The position numbers were made by a program, and so were the translations under genes. This document shows positions 45,199 through 53,496 of a stretch of 64,000 bases of DNA, in pieces; the stretch's first letter is position 1; each line of letters opens with the position of its first letter. The DNA comes from Desulfosoma sp. (lineage in GTDB: Bacteria > Desulfobacterota > Syntrophobacteria > Syntrophobacterales > DSM-9756), in contig JBBFKY010000001.1 of assembly GCA_037481875.1 (NCBI GenBank), positions 285,782 to 349,781 of the forward strand, read 5' to 3'. The notes beneath the pieces are model-generated. The model had not been told where the DNA came from. It saw only the letters and a list, made by a program, of their open reading frames with translations, and searched no databases.

Positions 45199-45227
45199 AA
45201 AGTATCCAAAAAAGGTGTCTTGTGCAA
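45199..45227 (-). promoter_or_regulatory. sigma70-type promoter of rnpB
   Basis: TTGCAC-N17-TACTTT on the minus strand, ending about 7-13 nt before P1. Confidence 0.65.
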
Positions 45228-45656
45228 GTTATGAGGAAGAAACTGGCCGGAGCACATGCAAAAACGTGGCGCTTTTTTTGGTCCGTTATGGTGAGCACTC
45301 TGCGCCGACTTTTGTTGCGGAAGGAGGCGCATAAGGGGGTGGAGTAAGTTCTAATCGTTTGCATCCTTATTTTGTGCCGGCAGACGCCATGATTGTCTTT
45401 TAGGGATCAGAAGTGTGGGAGTGAGTCTTCCCTTGTGAACATGCCACGCCTATAGGCACGACCACTGCCCGCATTTTGAGGAATTGGCATTCCCTCCCGT
45501 ATCGGCGAGTCCTTCGGGTTCCGCCCAAAGAAGCCATCCATCATTCGACAAAAGGCTTTTCTGACGATAAGGTGACATGATGTTTTCCTGAAAATGCGGG
45601 CTTCTGTGCGGCCTGTCATACGGATGAAACGCCCGCGTTGCCGGGAAGAGGTCGGT

Positions 45657-46055
45657 TCATTCAATAGGCCGAATGTGGCTTCGTGCCCACTCAATAAGCT
45701 GCTGATGGGTGGTTCCCTTTGGAAAAAATTCTGCCACACCCAGGTTTTTCAGCTCGGGTACGAGAGCGTCGTCGAAAAAGCCTCCCGCCGTCACGCCGAT
45801 GTTGTGCACGCCGTGAGCCTTGAGTTGTTCCAGCACGGAAGAGAACTGTTCCAGCCGGGCTCCCGGAAGCGTCGTAATGCCGATGTGGTCGACGGATTCC
45901 TGGAGGGCTGCGTTCACAATGGCTTGGGGATCTTCGGATTCGGTGTAGATGACTTCAAAGCCCGCCTCACTGAAGGCGGCGGCAAGGCGCATGAGCGCCT
46001 CTTCGTAACCTCGGCCGAATTTGGCCATGAGGATTCTCACCTTCCGTTGGCCCAT
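45657..46055 (-). CDS. Stand-alone cobalamin-binding-domain-like protein (mutase C-terminal subunit fold), His ligand absent
   Basis: RILMAK..AF.EAGFEVIY..AA.QE.VD.IGIT.L...V.AGG...GVAEFF..GT matches the B12-binding Rossmann fold; DxHxxG is replaced by RGYEEA. Confidence 0.75.
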   Translation of the reverse strand: MGQRKVRILMAKFGRGYEEALMRLAAAFSEAGFEVIYTESEDPQAIVNAALQESVDHIGITTLPGARLEQFSSVLEQLKAHGVHNIGVTAGGFFDDALVPELKNLGVAEFFPKGTTHQQLIEWARSHIRPIE

Positions 46056-46155
46056 GGATTTTCCTCCAAACGTGCTTCATCGAAAAGAGTCACGCGGTGA
46101 AAGAACGGCGGCGGTTCAGTCCCTTTCACCTTGCATCGAGAACATGGTTTTCGAA

Positions 46156-46368
46156 TCAGCTGCCTTGGTACTTGAAGGAGATGGCCACACGGGCTCGATA
46201 AGCCACCACCTTGCCTTCCTCAAGCTTCATATCCAATTTGGTGATTTCCGCGATACGCAGATCGCGCAACGTTTTCGACGCCGTTTCCACAGCGTTCTTG
46301 GCGGCGTCTTCCCAGGAAACCGTACTCGTTCCCACCAATTCAATGATCTTGTAGACACTTTCAGCCAT
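46156..46368 (-). CDS. Dodecin-family flavin-binding protein
   Basis: VYKIIELVGTS..SWEDAAKNAV..ASKTLR..YRARV.ISF; AAGGAGG RBS. Confidence 0.9.
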   Translation of the reverse strand: MAESVYKIIELVGTSTVSWEDAAKNAVETASKTLRDLRIAEITKLDMKLEEGKVVAYRARVAISFKYQGS

Positions 46369-46512
46369 GGGAACCTCCTTCGCGACCCGGCCTTTACAGG
46401 CCGACCTAAAAAGAACAGACGGGAACCGCCGCCCCATAAAACCTCTGCCTTGCTGCTTCTTAGATTCTGACAAGTCTTATACACGCTTTTCAGGGCTGAC
46501 AACAGGTCTTTG

Positions 46513-47532
46513 TTACAGGAACGAAAGTTGCCGGGACGGGCGATAGGGTAACCCCAGATGTTCAAAGGCTAAACGGGTTGCCACGCGGCCGCGCGGTGTT
46601 TTTTTGAGAAAGCCTTCTTGAATGAGGTACGGCTCGTAGACCTCCTCCAAGGTTTCTTTCTCTTCGGACACAGCCGCTGCCAAAGTCTCGATACCGACCG
46701 GTCCTCCGTCATACTTTTCGATGATGGTTGATAGAATCCGGCGGTCCATGCGGTCAAAGCCCCGTTCATCCACGTCAAGCATTTGAAGCGCCGTGTCCGC
46801 CACGTCTCGAGTGATGAATCCTTGAGCACGCACCTGCGCAAAATCTCGAACACGACGTAGCAGTCTGTTGGCGATGCGCGGTGTGCCTCGAGAACGGCGA
46901 GCGATTTCATGGGCCCCCTCGTCATCAATAGCCAGCCCCAAGAGGCGAGCGGCCCGCAACACAATCTCTTTCAAATCCTCCACACGGTAAAATTCAAGGC
47001 GTAAGACCACCCCGAACCGGTCGCGCAAAGGGGGTGAAAGCAATCCCGCCCGTGTGGTGGCTCCTACCAGCGTAAACGGAGGAAGATCCAGTTTGATGGT
47101 ACGCGCCGAAGGTCCCTGACCGATGATGATATCCAACTGAAAATCTTCCATGGCAGGGTACAGGATCTCTTCCACGACATGGTTCAGACGATGAATCTCG
47201 TCAATGAAAAGGACCGATCTCGGTTCCAGATTTGTCAGGATGGCCGCCAAATCACCGGGCCGTTCAATGACGGGCCCTGATGTGGATCGAAAGGGCACGC
47301 CCAGTTCACGACTGATGATGCATGCCAAAGACGTTTTTCCCAGTCCCGGATGGCCGTGAAGCAGGACATGATCCAGGGGTTCATCGCGCTGCCGGGCTGC
47401 CTGAATGAAAATGCTTAACTTTTCCTTGAGCTCCCTCTGACCGAGATATTCATCCAAGGTTCGGGGCCTCAGGCTGGCCTCCAAGCGTAGTTCATCTTCT
47501 CGCGGCCTGGGTTCCAACAATCGGTCCGTCAT
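46513..47532 (-). CDS. ruvB: Holliday junction branch migration helicase RuvB
   Basis: [49 protein letters not shown]. Confidence 0.97.
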   Translation of the reverse strand: MTDRLLEPRPREDELRLEASLRPRTLDEYLGQRELKEKLSIFIQAARQRDEPLDHVLLHGHPGLGKTSLACIISRELGVPFRSTSGPVIERPGDLAAILTNLEPRSVLFIDEIHRLNHVVEEILYPAMEDFQLDIIIGQGPSARTIKLDLPPFTLVGATTRAGLLSPPLRDRFGVVLRLEFYRVEDLKEIVLRAARLLGLAIDDEGAHEIARRSRGTPRIANRLLRRVRDFAQVRAQGFITRDVADTALQMLDVDERGFDRMDRRILSTIIEKYDGGPVGIETLAAAVSEEKETLEEVYEPYLIQEGFLKKTPRGRVATRLAFEHLGLPYRPSRQLSFL

Positions 47533-47548
47533 GAGTGTTGTTCCTTAG

Positions 47549-48157
47549 TTAGGCCAGAAGTCGCAGAGCTTCCCGCAGAAGCTGTTCCAGTGTTGGTTTG
47601 TCGAAAGCGGCCAGGGAGCGCCGAGCCTTTTGCAGGGCTCTGCCGGCTTCCGCCGGACGGTAGCCCAAATTGAGCAAAGCCGAGTAGGCATCGGCATAGC
47701 CGTCATCCTCTTCCAACGGCTGCGGCAATGCCGCGGGGGAAGGTTCCGGTTGAGGGAGACGCAGACGGTCTTTGAGTTCGAGAAGAATCCGTTCCGCGGT
47801 CTTTTTGCCGATGCCCGGAATCTTTTGCAATCGCTGCCGGTCTTGAAACAGCACCGCCTGGCGCAATTCATCGGGCTGAATGCCCGAGAGAATGCTCAAA
47901 GCCATCTTGGGTCCGACCCCGTTGACGGCGATCAGATGCAGGAACATGTCCTTTTCAGCGGATGTGCCGAAGCCGTAAAGTTGCAGGGTATCTTCACGCA
48001 TATGCGTGTGCACATAAAAGCTTGCTAGGCACCCTACTTCAGGAAGGTCATAGAAGGTGCTCAACGGCACATGAACGTAGTAACCCACCCCGTGGACATC
48101 CACAATGACATGGTCCGGAGCTTTATGTCGAAGTCGGCCTTCCAGATGGGCGATCAT
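47549..48157 (-). CDS. ruvA: Holliday junction DNA-binding protein RuvA
   Basis: MIAHLEG, GVGY, LYGF, VNGVGPKMAL, IPGIGKKTAERI, ALLNLGY. Confidence 0.96.
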   Translation of the reverse strand: MIAHLEGRLRHKAPDHVIVDVHGVGYYVHVPLSTFYDLPEVGCLASFYVHTHMREDTLQLYGFGTSAEKDMFLHLIAVNGVGPKMALSILSGIQPDELRQAVLFQDRQRLQKIPGIGKKTAERILLELKDRLRLPQPEPSPAALPQPLEEDDGYADAYSALLNLGYRPAEAGRALQKARRSLAAFDKPTLEQLLREALRLLA

Positions 48158-48654
48158 GACCGATGAGCCGTAGGGTGACGGGTGACTAAAGACCGTGCAT
48201 GGATATGGCAGATGGCGGCGGCCAAAGCATCGGCGGCATGAGGATCGCTGAGATCGCGTAAGCCCAAAAGGATCCGGGTCATGTGAGCCACCTGAATTTT
48301 TTCGGCTTTGCCGTAACCCACCACGGCCTGCTTGATTTCTAATGCGCTGTACTCAAAGACCTGAAGGCCGCCATGAATGCCCGCCGCTATGGCGGCCCCT
48401 CGAGCGTGGCCCAAAATGAGAGCGCTTCGTGCGTTGCGAGCCACAAACACTTCTTCGACAGCCATCTCTTTGGGGCCTGTTTCTTCAATAATACGGCGAA
48501 TTTCCTTAAAAATGGATCCCAAACGCACAGGCAGAGGCATAGAGGCCGGCAGAGGCAGAGACCCGTAATGAACGGGAATCAGGCGATTTCCGTCTTCTTC
48601 CACCACGCCGTAGCCCGTGTGTCGGGATCCTGGGTCAATGCCCAAAACGCGCAT
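48154..48654 (-). CDS. ruvC: Holliday junction resolvase RuvC
   Basis: LGIDPGS..TGYG, AVEEVF, LGHARG, IKQAVVGYG.A.K, HAADALAAAICH. Confidence 0.96.
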   Translation of the reverse strand: MRVLGIDPGSRHTGYGVVEEDGNRLIPVHYGSLPLPASMPLPVRLGSIFKEIRRIIEETGPKEMAVEEVFVARNARSALILGHARGAAIAAGIHGGLQVFEYSALEIKQAVVGYGKAEKIQVAHMTRILLGLRDLSDPHAADALAAAICHIHARSLVTRHPTAHRS

Positions 48655-48672
48655 GCTCCATCCTTTTCGGTT

Positions 48673-49422
48673 TCAAGCGACCGCATTGAGAATTTCGTCG
48701 GGGATATCGAAGTTGGCGTAGGCGTTTTGCACATCGTCGTTGTCTTCCAGAGCATCCATGAGCTTCAGAAGTTGCTGTGCGGTTTTTTCATCTTCCACAC
48801 GAATGGTGCTCTGGGGCACCATGGTCACCTGGGCCATCTCGTAGACCATGGATCTTTGATCGAAAGCGGCCTTCACTTTTTCCAGATCCGCCGGTGTGGT
48901 GATCACTTCGAATTGGTCCCCCTGATCCCGCACATCTTCGGCCCCCGCTTCCAGGGCCACTTCCATAAGGGTGTCTTCCTCCACCTTGTCCTTATTGAAA
49001 ACGATCAGTCCATGTTTTTCGAACATCCAGGCCACACAACCGGCTTCACCAAGGCTTCCGCCGTTTTTGCTGAAAATGTGACGGATTTCACTGGCGGCTC
49101 GATTCCGATTGTCCGTTGTCACTTCCACCAGAATGGCGACGCCTCCGGGACCATACCCTTCGTAGATGGCTTCTTCATAGGCGGTCCCTTCCAGTTCGCC
49201 GGTTCCCTTTTTGATGGCTCTTTCAATGTTTTCCTTCGGCATGTTCTCGGCCTTGGCCGCCGCAATGGCCGCCCGCAACCGAGGGTTGGCTTCCGGGTCG
49301 CCGCCTCCTAATCGAGCGGCCACCGTTAATTCCTTAATGAGTTTGGTGAAGATTTTGCCGCGTTTGGCGTCCTGAGCGGCCTTCTTGTGCTTGATGGTGC
49401 TCCATTTGGAATGTCCGGACAT
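48673..49422 (-). CDS. yebC: YebC/PmpR family protein
   Basis: [28 protein letters not shown]. Confidence 0.95.
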   Translation of the reverse strand: MSGHSKWSTIKHKKAAQDAKRGKIFTKLIKELTVAARLGGGDPEANPRLRAAIAAAKAENMPKENIERAIKKGTGELEGTAYEEAIYEGYGPGGVAILVEVTTDNRNRAASEIRHIFSKNGGSLGEAGCVAWMFEKHGLIVFNKDKVEEDTLMEVALEAGAEDVRDQGDQFEVITTPADLEKVKAAFDQRSMVYEMAQVTMVPQSTIRVEDEKTAQQLLKLMDALEDNDDVQNAYANFDIPDEILNAVA

Positions 49423-49437
49423 GACTAAGTCCTCCGT

Positions 49438-50037
49438 TCAACCGTTTGTCCCCTTGAACTCCATGGCAAGAATATAGATTTCACGACTCTGTTTCCGTGA
49501 GGCATCCGGCTTGACCACTTTGACCCGCCGAAAAAGCCTCTTGGCTTTCAAAAGCAAAAGATGAAATTCTTCCCCTTGAAAAATCTTGGCAAGGAAATGT
49601 CCCCCAGGGCGCAAGGACTTGCAGGCAAGATGCAAGGCCCTTTCAAAGAGCAGCTCCGATCGAGCCGCATCCGCGGATTTGATGCCGGAAGTCTTGGGTG
49701 CCATATCACTCAACACCACATCGAAAGGGCTGTATCGATGAAGCACGTCGTTGATGGCGGCTTCATCAAAAATGTCCTGCTGCAAGGTCACGACATGGTC
49801 GGGAAAAGGGTGGGAGATGGGTTGAAGATCGATGCCCACCACCAAGCCTTTTGGTCCCACAAGGCGACTGGTGAGCTGCATCCAAGAACCCGGCGCCGCG
49901 CCCAGGTCCAAGACGCGATCCCCGGCACGTACCAGACGATGCTTCGCTTGAATCTCCTGCAACTTGTAGACGGCACGCGCAAGGTACTGCTCTTTCTTGG
50001 CTCGATGAAAGTAATGATCCTGATAAGGATGACTCAT
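49438..50037 (-). CDS. rlmE: 23S rRNA Um2552 2'-O-methyltransferase
   Basis: ARAVYKL.EI, VLDLGAAPGSW, SDMAP, FLAKIFQG, PDASRKQSREIY; start 50037. Confidence 0.9.
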   Translation of the reverse strand: MSHPYQDHYFHRAKKEQYLARAVYKLQEIQAKHRLVRAGDRVLDLGAAPGSWMQLTSRLVGPKGLVVGIDLQPISHPFPDHVVTLQQDIFDEAAINDVLHRYSPFDVVLSDMAPKTSGIKSADAARSELLFERALHLACKSLRPGGHFLAKIFQGEEFHLLLLKAKRLFRRVKVVKPDASRKQSREIYILAMEFKGTNG

Positions 50038-50266
50038 GCCTTCAAAAAAACCTCTAATTATTCCTTTTTTCAAGTGAATGTGTTCATAGCACATCCGCCG
50101 ATGGGTTGCAAACGACTCCGGCGAATCACGCCGCAGCTTCTCCATTATGGGGAAGACGCCCGCGCTCCCAGATAAAACTCCCGATTGCAGACGTAAGGCT
50201 ACGACACGCCATGCCCCCGAGCTCTTCCAGACAGAGACAAAATAGCAACCGAGGATTTGTGAATCT

Positions 50267-50295
50267 TTGACAAGGAATCGTTAACCTTTTATGGT
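50267..50295 (+). promoter_or_regulatory. sigma70-type promoter
   Basis: TTGACA-N17-TATGGT. Confidence 0.6.
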
Positions 50296-50357
50296 CCATG
50301 GGACAAGGATTAGAAAAAAGGATAGAAATGGGAAGACTGTCAGAAGGGAGGAGCGAT

Positions 50358-51161
50358 ATGAGTCATGAGGGCGCCGGCATGGAGGAACTTCGCGAATTCG
50401 CTCTGGAAGTTATTCGGCAGGCAGGCCTGGAGGCGCTTCGCTTTTACGGTAAGGGCCGAAGGGATATAAAATTCGACGAAGACTTGGTTACGGAAGCGGA
50501 ACTGCATCTTGTTGGTTTTTTTCATGACAAACTACGCACGCGTTTTCCTGAACATGAGCTTTTTGGTGATGCCCCGCCCCGCAAGGACTACGTGCATGGT
50601 CATAAAGGGTACCTCTGGGTCTATGACGCTCTGGACGGTGTAGCCAATTTCCAAGCCGGTATTCCCCTTTGGGGCACTTCCCTGGCCCTGTTTGAAAATT
50701 TCTGGCCCATTCTCGGGATATTTCACTTGCCTGTCACAGGTGAATGCTTTTACGCAGAACCTGACCGGGGTGCGTATCTCAACGACATGCCCATCAGCAT
50801 CGCTCCAACGGGTGAAGTCAACAACGAGAGTCTCCTTTTTACCTATTCGCGCATGCATGAACATTTCCGGTCGAATTTTCCGGGAAAGATTCGAAACCTG
50901 GGATGCACGGCGGCTCACATCAGCTATGTGGCCATGGGACGTGCCGAAGGGGCTCTGCTGCGCAGCGTCTCATACCAAGATCTTGCGGCGGCTCAAATCA
51001 TTCTGCAGGCTGCAGGGGGCAACCTTCAGTTTCTGGACGGAAGACCGCTCCATCTCAATGAATATTTCGAAGCCAGGCGTGTGGATGGTCCTCTTCTGGC
51101 GGCACCGGACGGAGCTCACGCGATGATTCGAGGCTATCTACAGGATCTGCAAAGTTCATGA
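50358..51161 (+). CDS. Inositol monophosphatase family protein (divergent)
   Basis: DLVTEAE, WVYDALDGVANF, LGCTA..ISYVAMG, QDLAAA..IL..AGG. Confidence 0.82.
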   Translation: MSHEGAGMEELREFALEVIRQAGLEALRFYGKGRRDIKFDEDLVTEAELHLVGFFHDKLRTRFPEHELFGDAPPRKDYVHGHKGYLWVYDALDGVANFQAGIPLWGTSLALFENFWPILGIFHLPVTGECFYAEPDRGAYLNDMPISIAPTGEVNNESLLFTYSRMHEHFRSNFPGKIRNLGCTAAHISYVAMGRAEGALLRSVSYQDLAAAQIILQAAGGNLQFLDGRPLHLNEYFEARRVDGPLLAAPDGAHAMIRGYLQDLQSS

Positions 51162-51316
51162 ACATAGTCAAGCGCCAGGCCGAGCGCATCTGGTTCCGGC
51201 CGGGTGTGAGATGAGAAAAAAAACCTTTAGGTTTTTTTGTGTCCTGTCGATTTCCTTGAAGGACCCATAAAAGAGGTCCGAACGATGTGCCACTTCATCG
51301 AGACGGGACGTGACGC

Positions 51317-51505
51317 GTGATGAACACCTGCCTGGATTGCGCTTGGTATAGGCTGTGCGAACCTGAAGATATCCATTGTGCGTGCTCCAATTTTGCCCGC
51401 CCGGAAGATGTGCAGTGGGGAATGGGACATATTCTTTATCAGGATTGGTGCCGCTACAAGGAGACGGCTGCCCAGGAGGAAAAAAATCGAAAAGAGCAAG
51501 ACTGA
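51317..51505 (+). CDS. Possible small Cys-rich protein
   Basis: CLDCAWYRLC..CACSNF..WCRY, 6 Cys in 62 aa; RBS weak. Confidence 0.35.
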   Translation: MMNTCLDCAWYRLCEPEDIHCACSNFARPEDVQWGMGHILYQDWCRYKETAAQEEKNRKEQD

Positions 51506-51595
51506 GGGCATGGATGGGGGCGGACCGACGTGTCCGCCCCTTGAACCCTCGGGTTCCATCATCCCTGTCCTATGGGCTAAGGACATGCGCGGGAG

Positions 51596-52132
51596 TTAAG
51601 CTTCAGTGCCGGTTCCCACGGCAAACCCTCGAGGTGGCAGACCCGTTTCCGACGGAGTTCCTGCAATCTTCGCAAGGAAGGTGTCGCCCAATTTTTTGAT
51701 GTGGCCGTCCACATTGTCAAAATAGTTGTAGTGAATCTGTTCCTCTTTGATGATGTCTTCAAAAAGTTTCATACTGATGGCATCGCCGTTTTCCTGGCAT
51801 ATCAGCCGGAATTGATTGTAGGCGTCAATGGTGTCGTCTTCCAGATTGGCGTCAAACGGAAAAATCTCTCGCACATCTTGGCCTTTGATCACCTGGCCGT
51901 CATGGCCTGTTACGGGTTCTCCTCCCAGTTCCTTGACACGTTCGGCGAACATTTCAGCATGGCGCATTTCATCGATGGCAATGAGTTTCATTTTTGCAGC
52001 GAGCTCACCGTAGTCCATGTTGTCCAGGTTGTAATGCTGGTTCATGTACTGATGAATAGCCAAAAGTTCCATAGAACGGGCCTTGTTGAGGACTTCAATC
52101 ACTTTCTCTCGACGTTTTTCCTTGCTCTCCAT
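51596..52132 (-). CDS. bfr: Bacterioferritin (Desulfovibrio type)
   Basis: MELLAIHQY, IDEMRHAEMFAER, LEDDT, EEQIH ferroxidase ligands plus Met; GGAGGAGG RBS. Confidence 0.88.
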   Translation of the reverse strand: MESKEKRREKVIEVLNKARSMELLAIHQYMNQHYNLDNMDYGELAAKMKLIAIDEMRHAEMFAERVKELGGEPVTGHDGQVIKGQDVREIFPFDANLEDDTIDAYNQFRLICQENGDAISMKLFEDIIKEEQIHYNYFDNVDGHIKKLGDTFLAKIAGTPSETGLPPRGFAVGTGTEA

Positions 52133-52197
52133 CACGACCTCCTCCAATTTTTTGCTTCAGGGCCATGTCTCACATTGGTGTATTGCGAACCTTTCGT

Positions 52198-52226
52198 ATA
52201 GTAAAATTGTCGCTCCCGTGCGGCAA
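52198..52226 (-). promoter_or_regulatory. sigma70-type promoter of bfr
   Basis: TTGCCG-N17-TACTAT on the minus strand. Confidence 0.5.
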
Positions 52227-52299
52227 GTCTGCAGCGGTCGAAATGACGGTCATTTTCGTATTGTTCTTAGGTGTCATTCCGTATAAAGACTGTGGCACG

Positions 52300-52653
52300 T
52301 CAAAGAGCGCATTCCTGATGACCTACTTCACAATACATCTGTAAAAGGGCAATACCTACGGCGTGTTTCTTGGCTCGGCGAGAACCCCACAGAGGCCACC
52401 GGTGCATGGAAATCAAGGTTTGCACAAGGTGCTCGTGAAAATAATGGGCTCTTTCATACTCGCTGAAGCAGCGTCCGGTCAATGGATCCCGAACCGGGTA
52501 CCATACCGGAACCCAGCCTTCGATGTTTTCATCAAAAGCGTTCCAGACCATGTGGGGGTTAACGGAGAGAGGGACCGTGTCCCAGGCGATGTCGGGCATG
52601 GTGACAGATCCATCCAAGAAATCCTGCAGCAGGGGATCAGGTTTTCGGCCCAT
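52300..52653 (-). CDS. Hypothetical protein
   Basis: 117-aa ORF (MGRKPDPLLQDF..), Trp/Pro-rich and protein-like; no family recognised. Confidence 0.5.
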   Translation of the reverse strand: MGRKPDPLLQDFLDGSVTMPDIAWDTVPLSVNPHMVWNAFDENIEGWVPVWYPVRDPLTGRCFSEYERAHYFHEHLVQTLISMHRWPLWGSRRAKKHAVGIALLQMYCEVGHQECAL

Positions 52654-52802
52654 GGGTTCGTCTCCAAGGCATGCCGTTGTTTTGGGTTGTTTAAGGTTTA
52701 AATTAAACCGAAACGAGACCGAAAAGAAGAGGTGAAGTTGGTTTTTCGTCAACCCTTTTGAGATAGGAATCTCGGCGAATCGAAATAGGGAGGGATCGAG
52801 GC

Positions 52803-53189
52803 ATGGGACACATGGTATCCCCGGGAGAACAACTGGTGCTTGCCATTTATGTGAGGAATTTGGAAACCTCGTTGAAGTTTTTCTTGGATTTTGGTTTTCA
52901 GTTGAGCCGCCGGGACGGCCCTTTTGTGGAACTACGTTGGGAGGATTCTCTGTTGTTTCTGGTTGAGCGGCCTGATGTGACCGAGCCGCCGACTCCTGTG
53001 GGAAACCTCCGGGTGATGGTGCCCGATGTGGATGCGTATTACCATAAGGCTCAGGCCCTAGGGTATACCGTGGTGATGCCGCCGGGCGATCGGTATTATC
53101 AGCTGAGGGATTTTGTTATTGAGGGTCCGGACGGAATCCATTTGCGATTTGCCGGCCCGGTGCGGCAGAAGAACGATCTATCAGCGTGA
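52803..53189 (+). CDS. VOC / glyoxalase family protein
   Basis: VRNLETSLKFF..FGF, VPDVDAYY, YYQLRDF.I.GPDG. Confidence 0.85.
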   Translation: MGHMVSPGEQLVLAIYVRNLETSLKFFLDFGFQLSRRDGPFVELRWEDSLLFLVERPDVTEPPTPVGNLRVMVPDVDAYYHKAQALGYTVVMPPGDRYYQLRDFVIEGPDGIHLRFAGPVRQKNDLSA

Positions 53190-53496
53190 AAAGAAACTGT
53201 CTTCAGAATACGGATCACGCTCCAACGCACAGGCGGATCGTGAGGACACGGTCCCTTGGAAGCTGAAAATCTGTCGGACACAGAGGACGATCCATGACTT
53301 TTTTCGGTGTGTGAGCTTCAGGTCCGCTTCTTCGGAGGGTGGCCCCGTCGCTCTTGGGAACAAAGCCGGTTTCAGGTTTGTCAGGAGAAGGCGGCGCCTC
53401 GCCCCTGCCTTGAAAGGGCAATCGACGCAATGATCGTTGGACTTTCTTAGACAGGCTTCCAGGAACCCACAATTGCAGAAAGGATGGTTTGTGTTC

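Noticed and set aside
45407-45739. 110-aa minus-strand ORF
   Set aside because: It overlaps the B12-domain gene out of frame and has no recognisable features
48373-49311. 312-aa antisense ORF
   Set aside because: Shadow of ruvC/yebC, as expected at this GC content
52133-52191. Iron-responsive-element-like hairpin in the bfr leader, suggested by the nearby acnA
   Set aside because: No CAGUG loop or convincing stem is present
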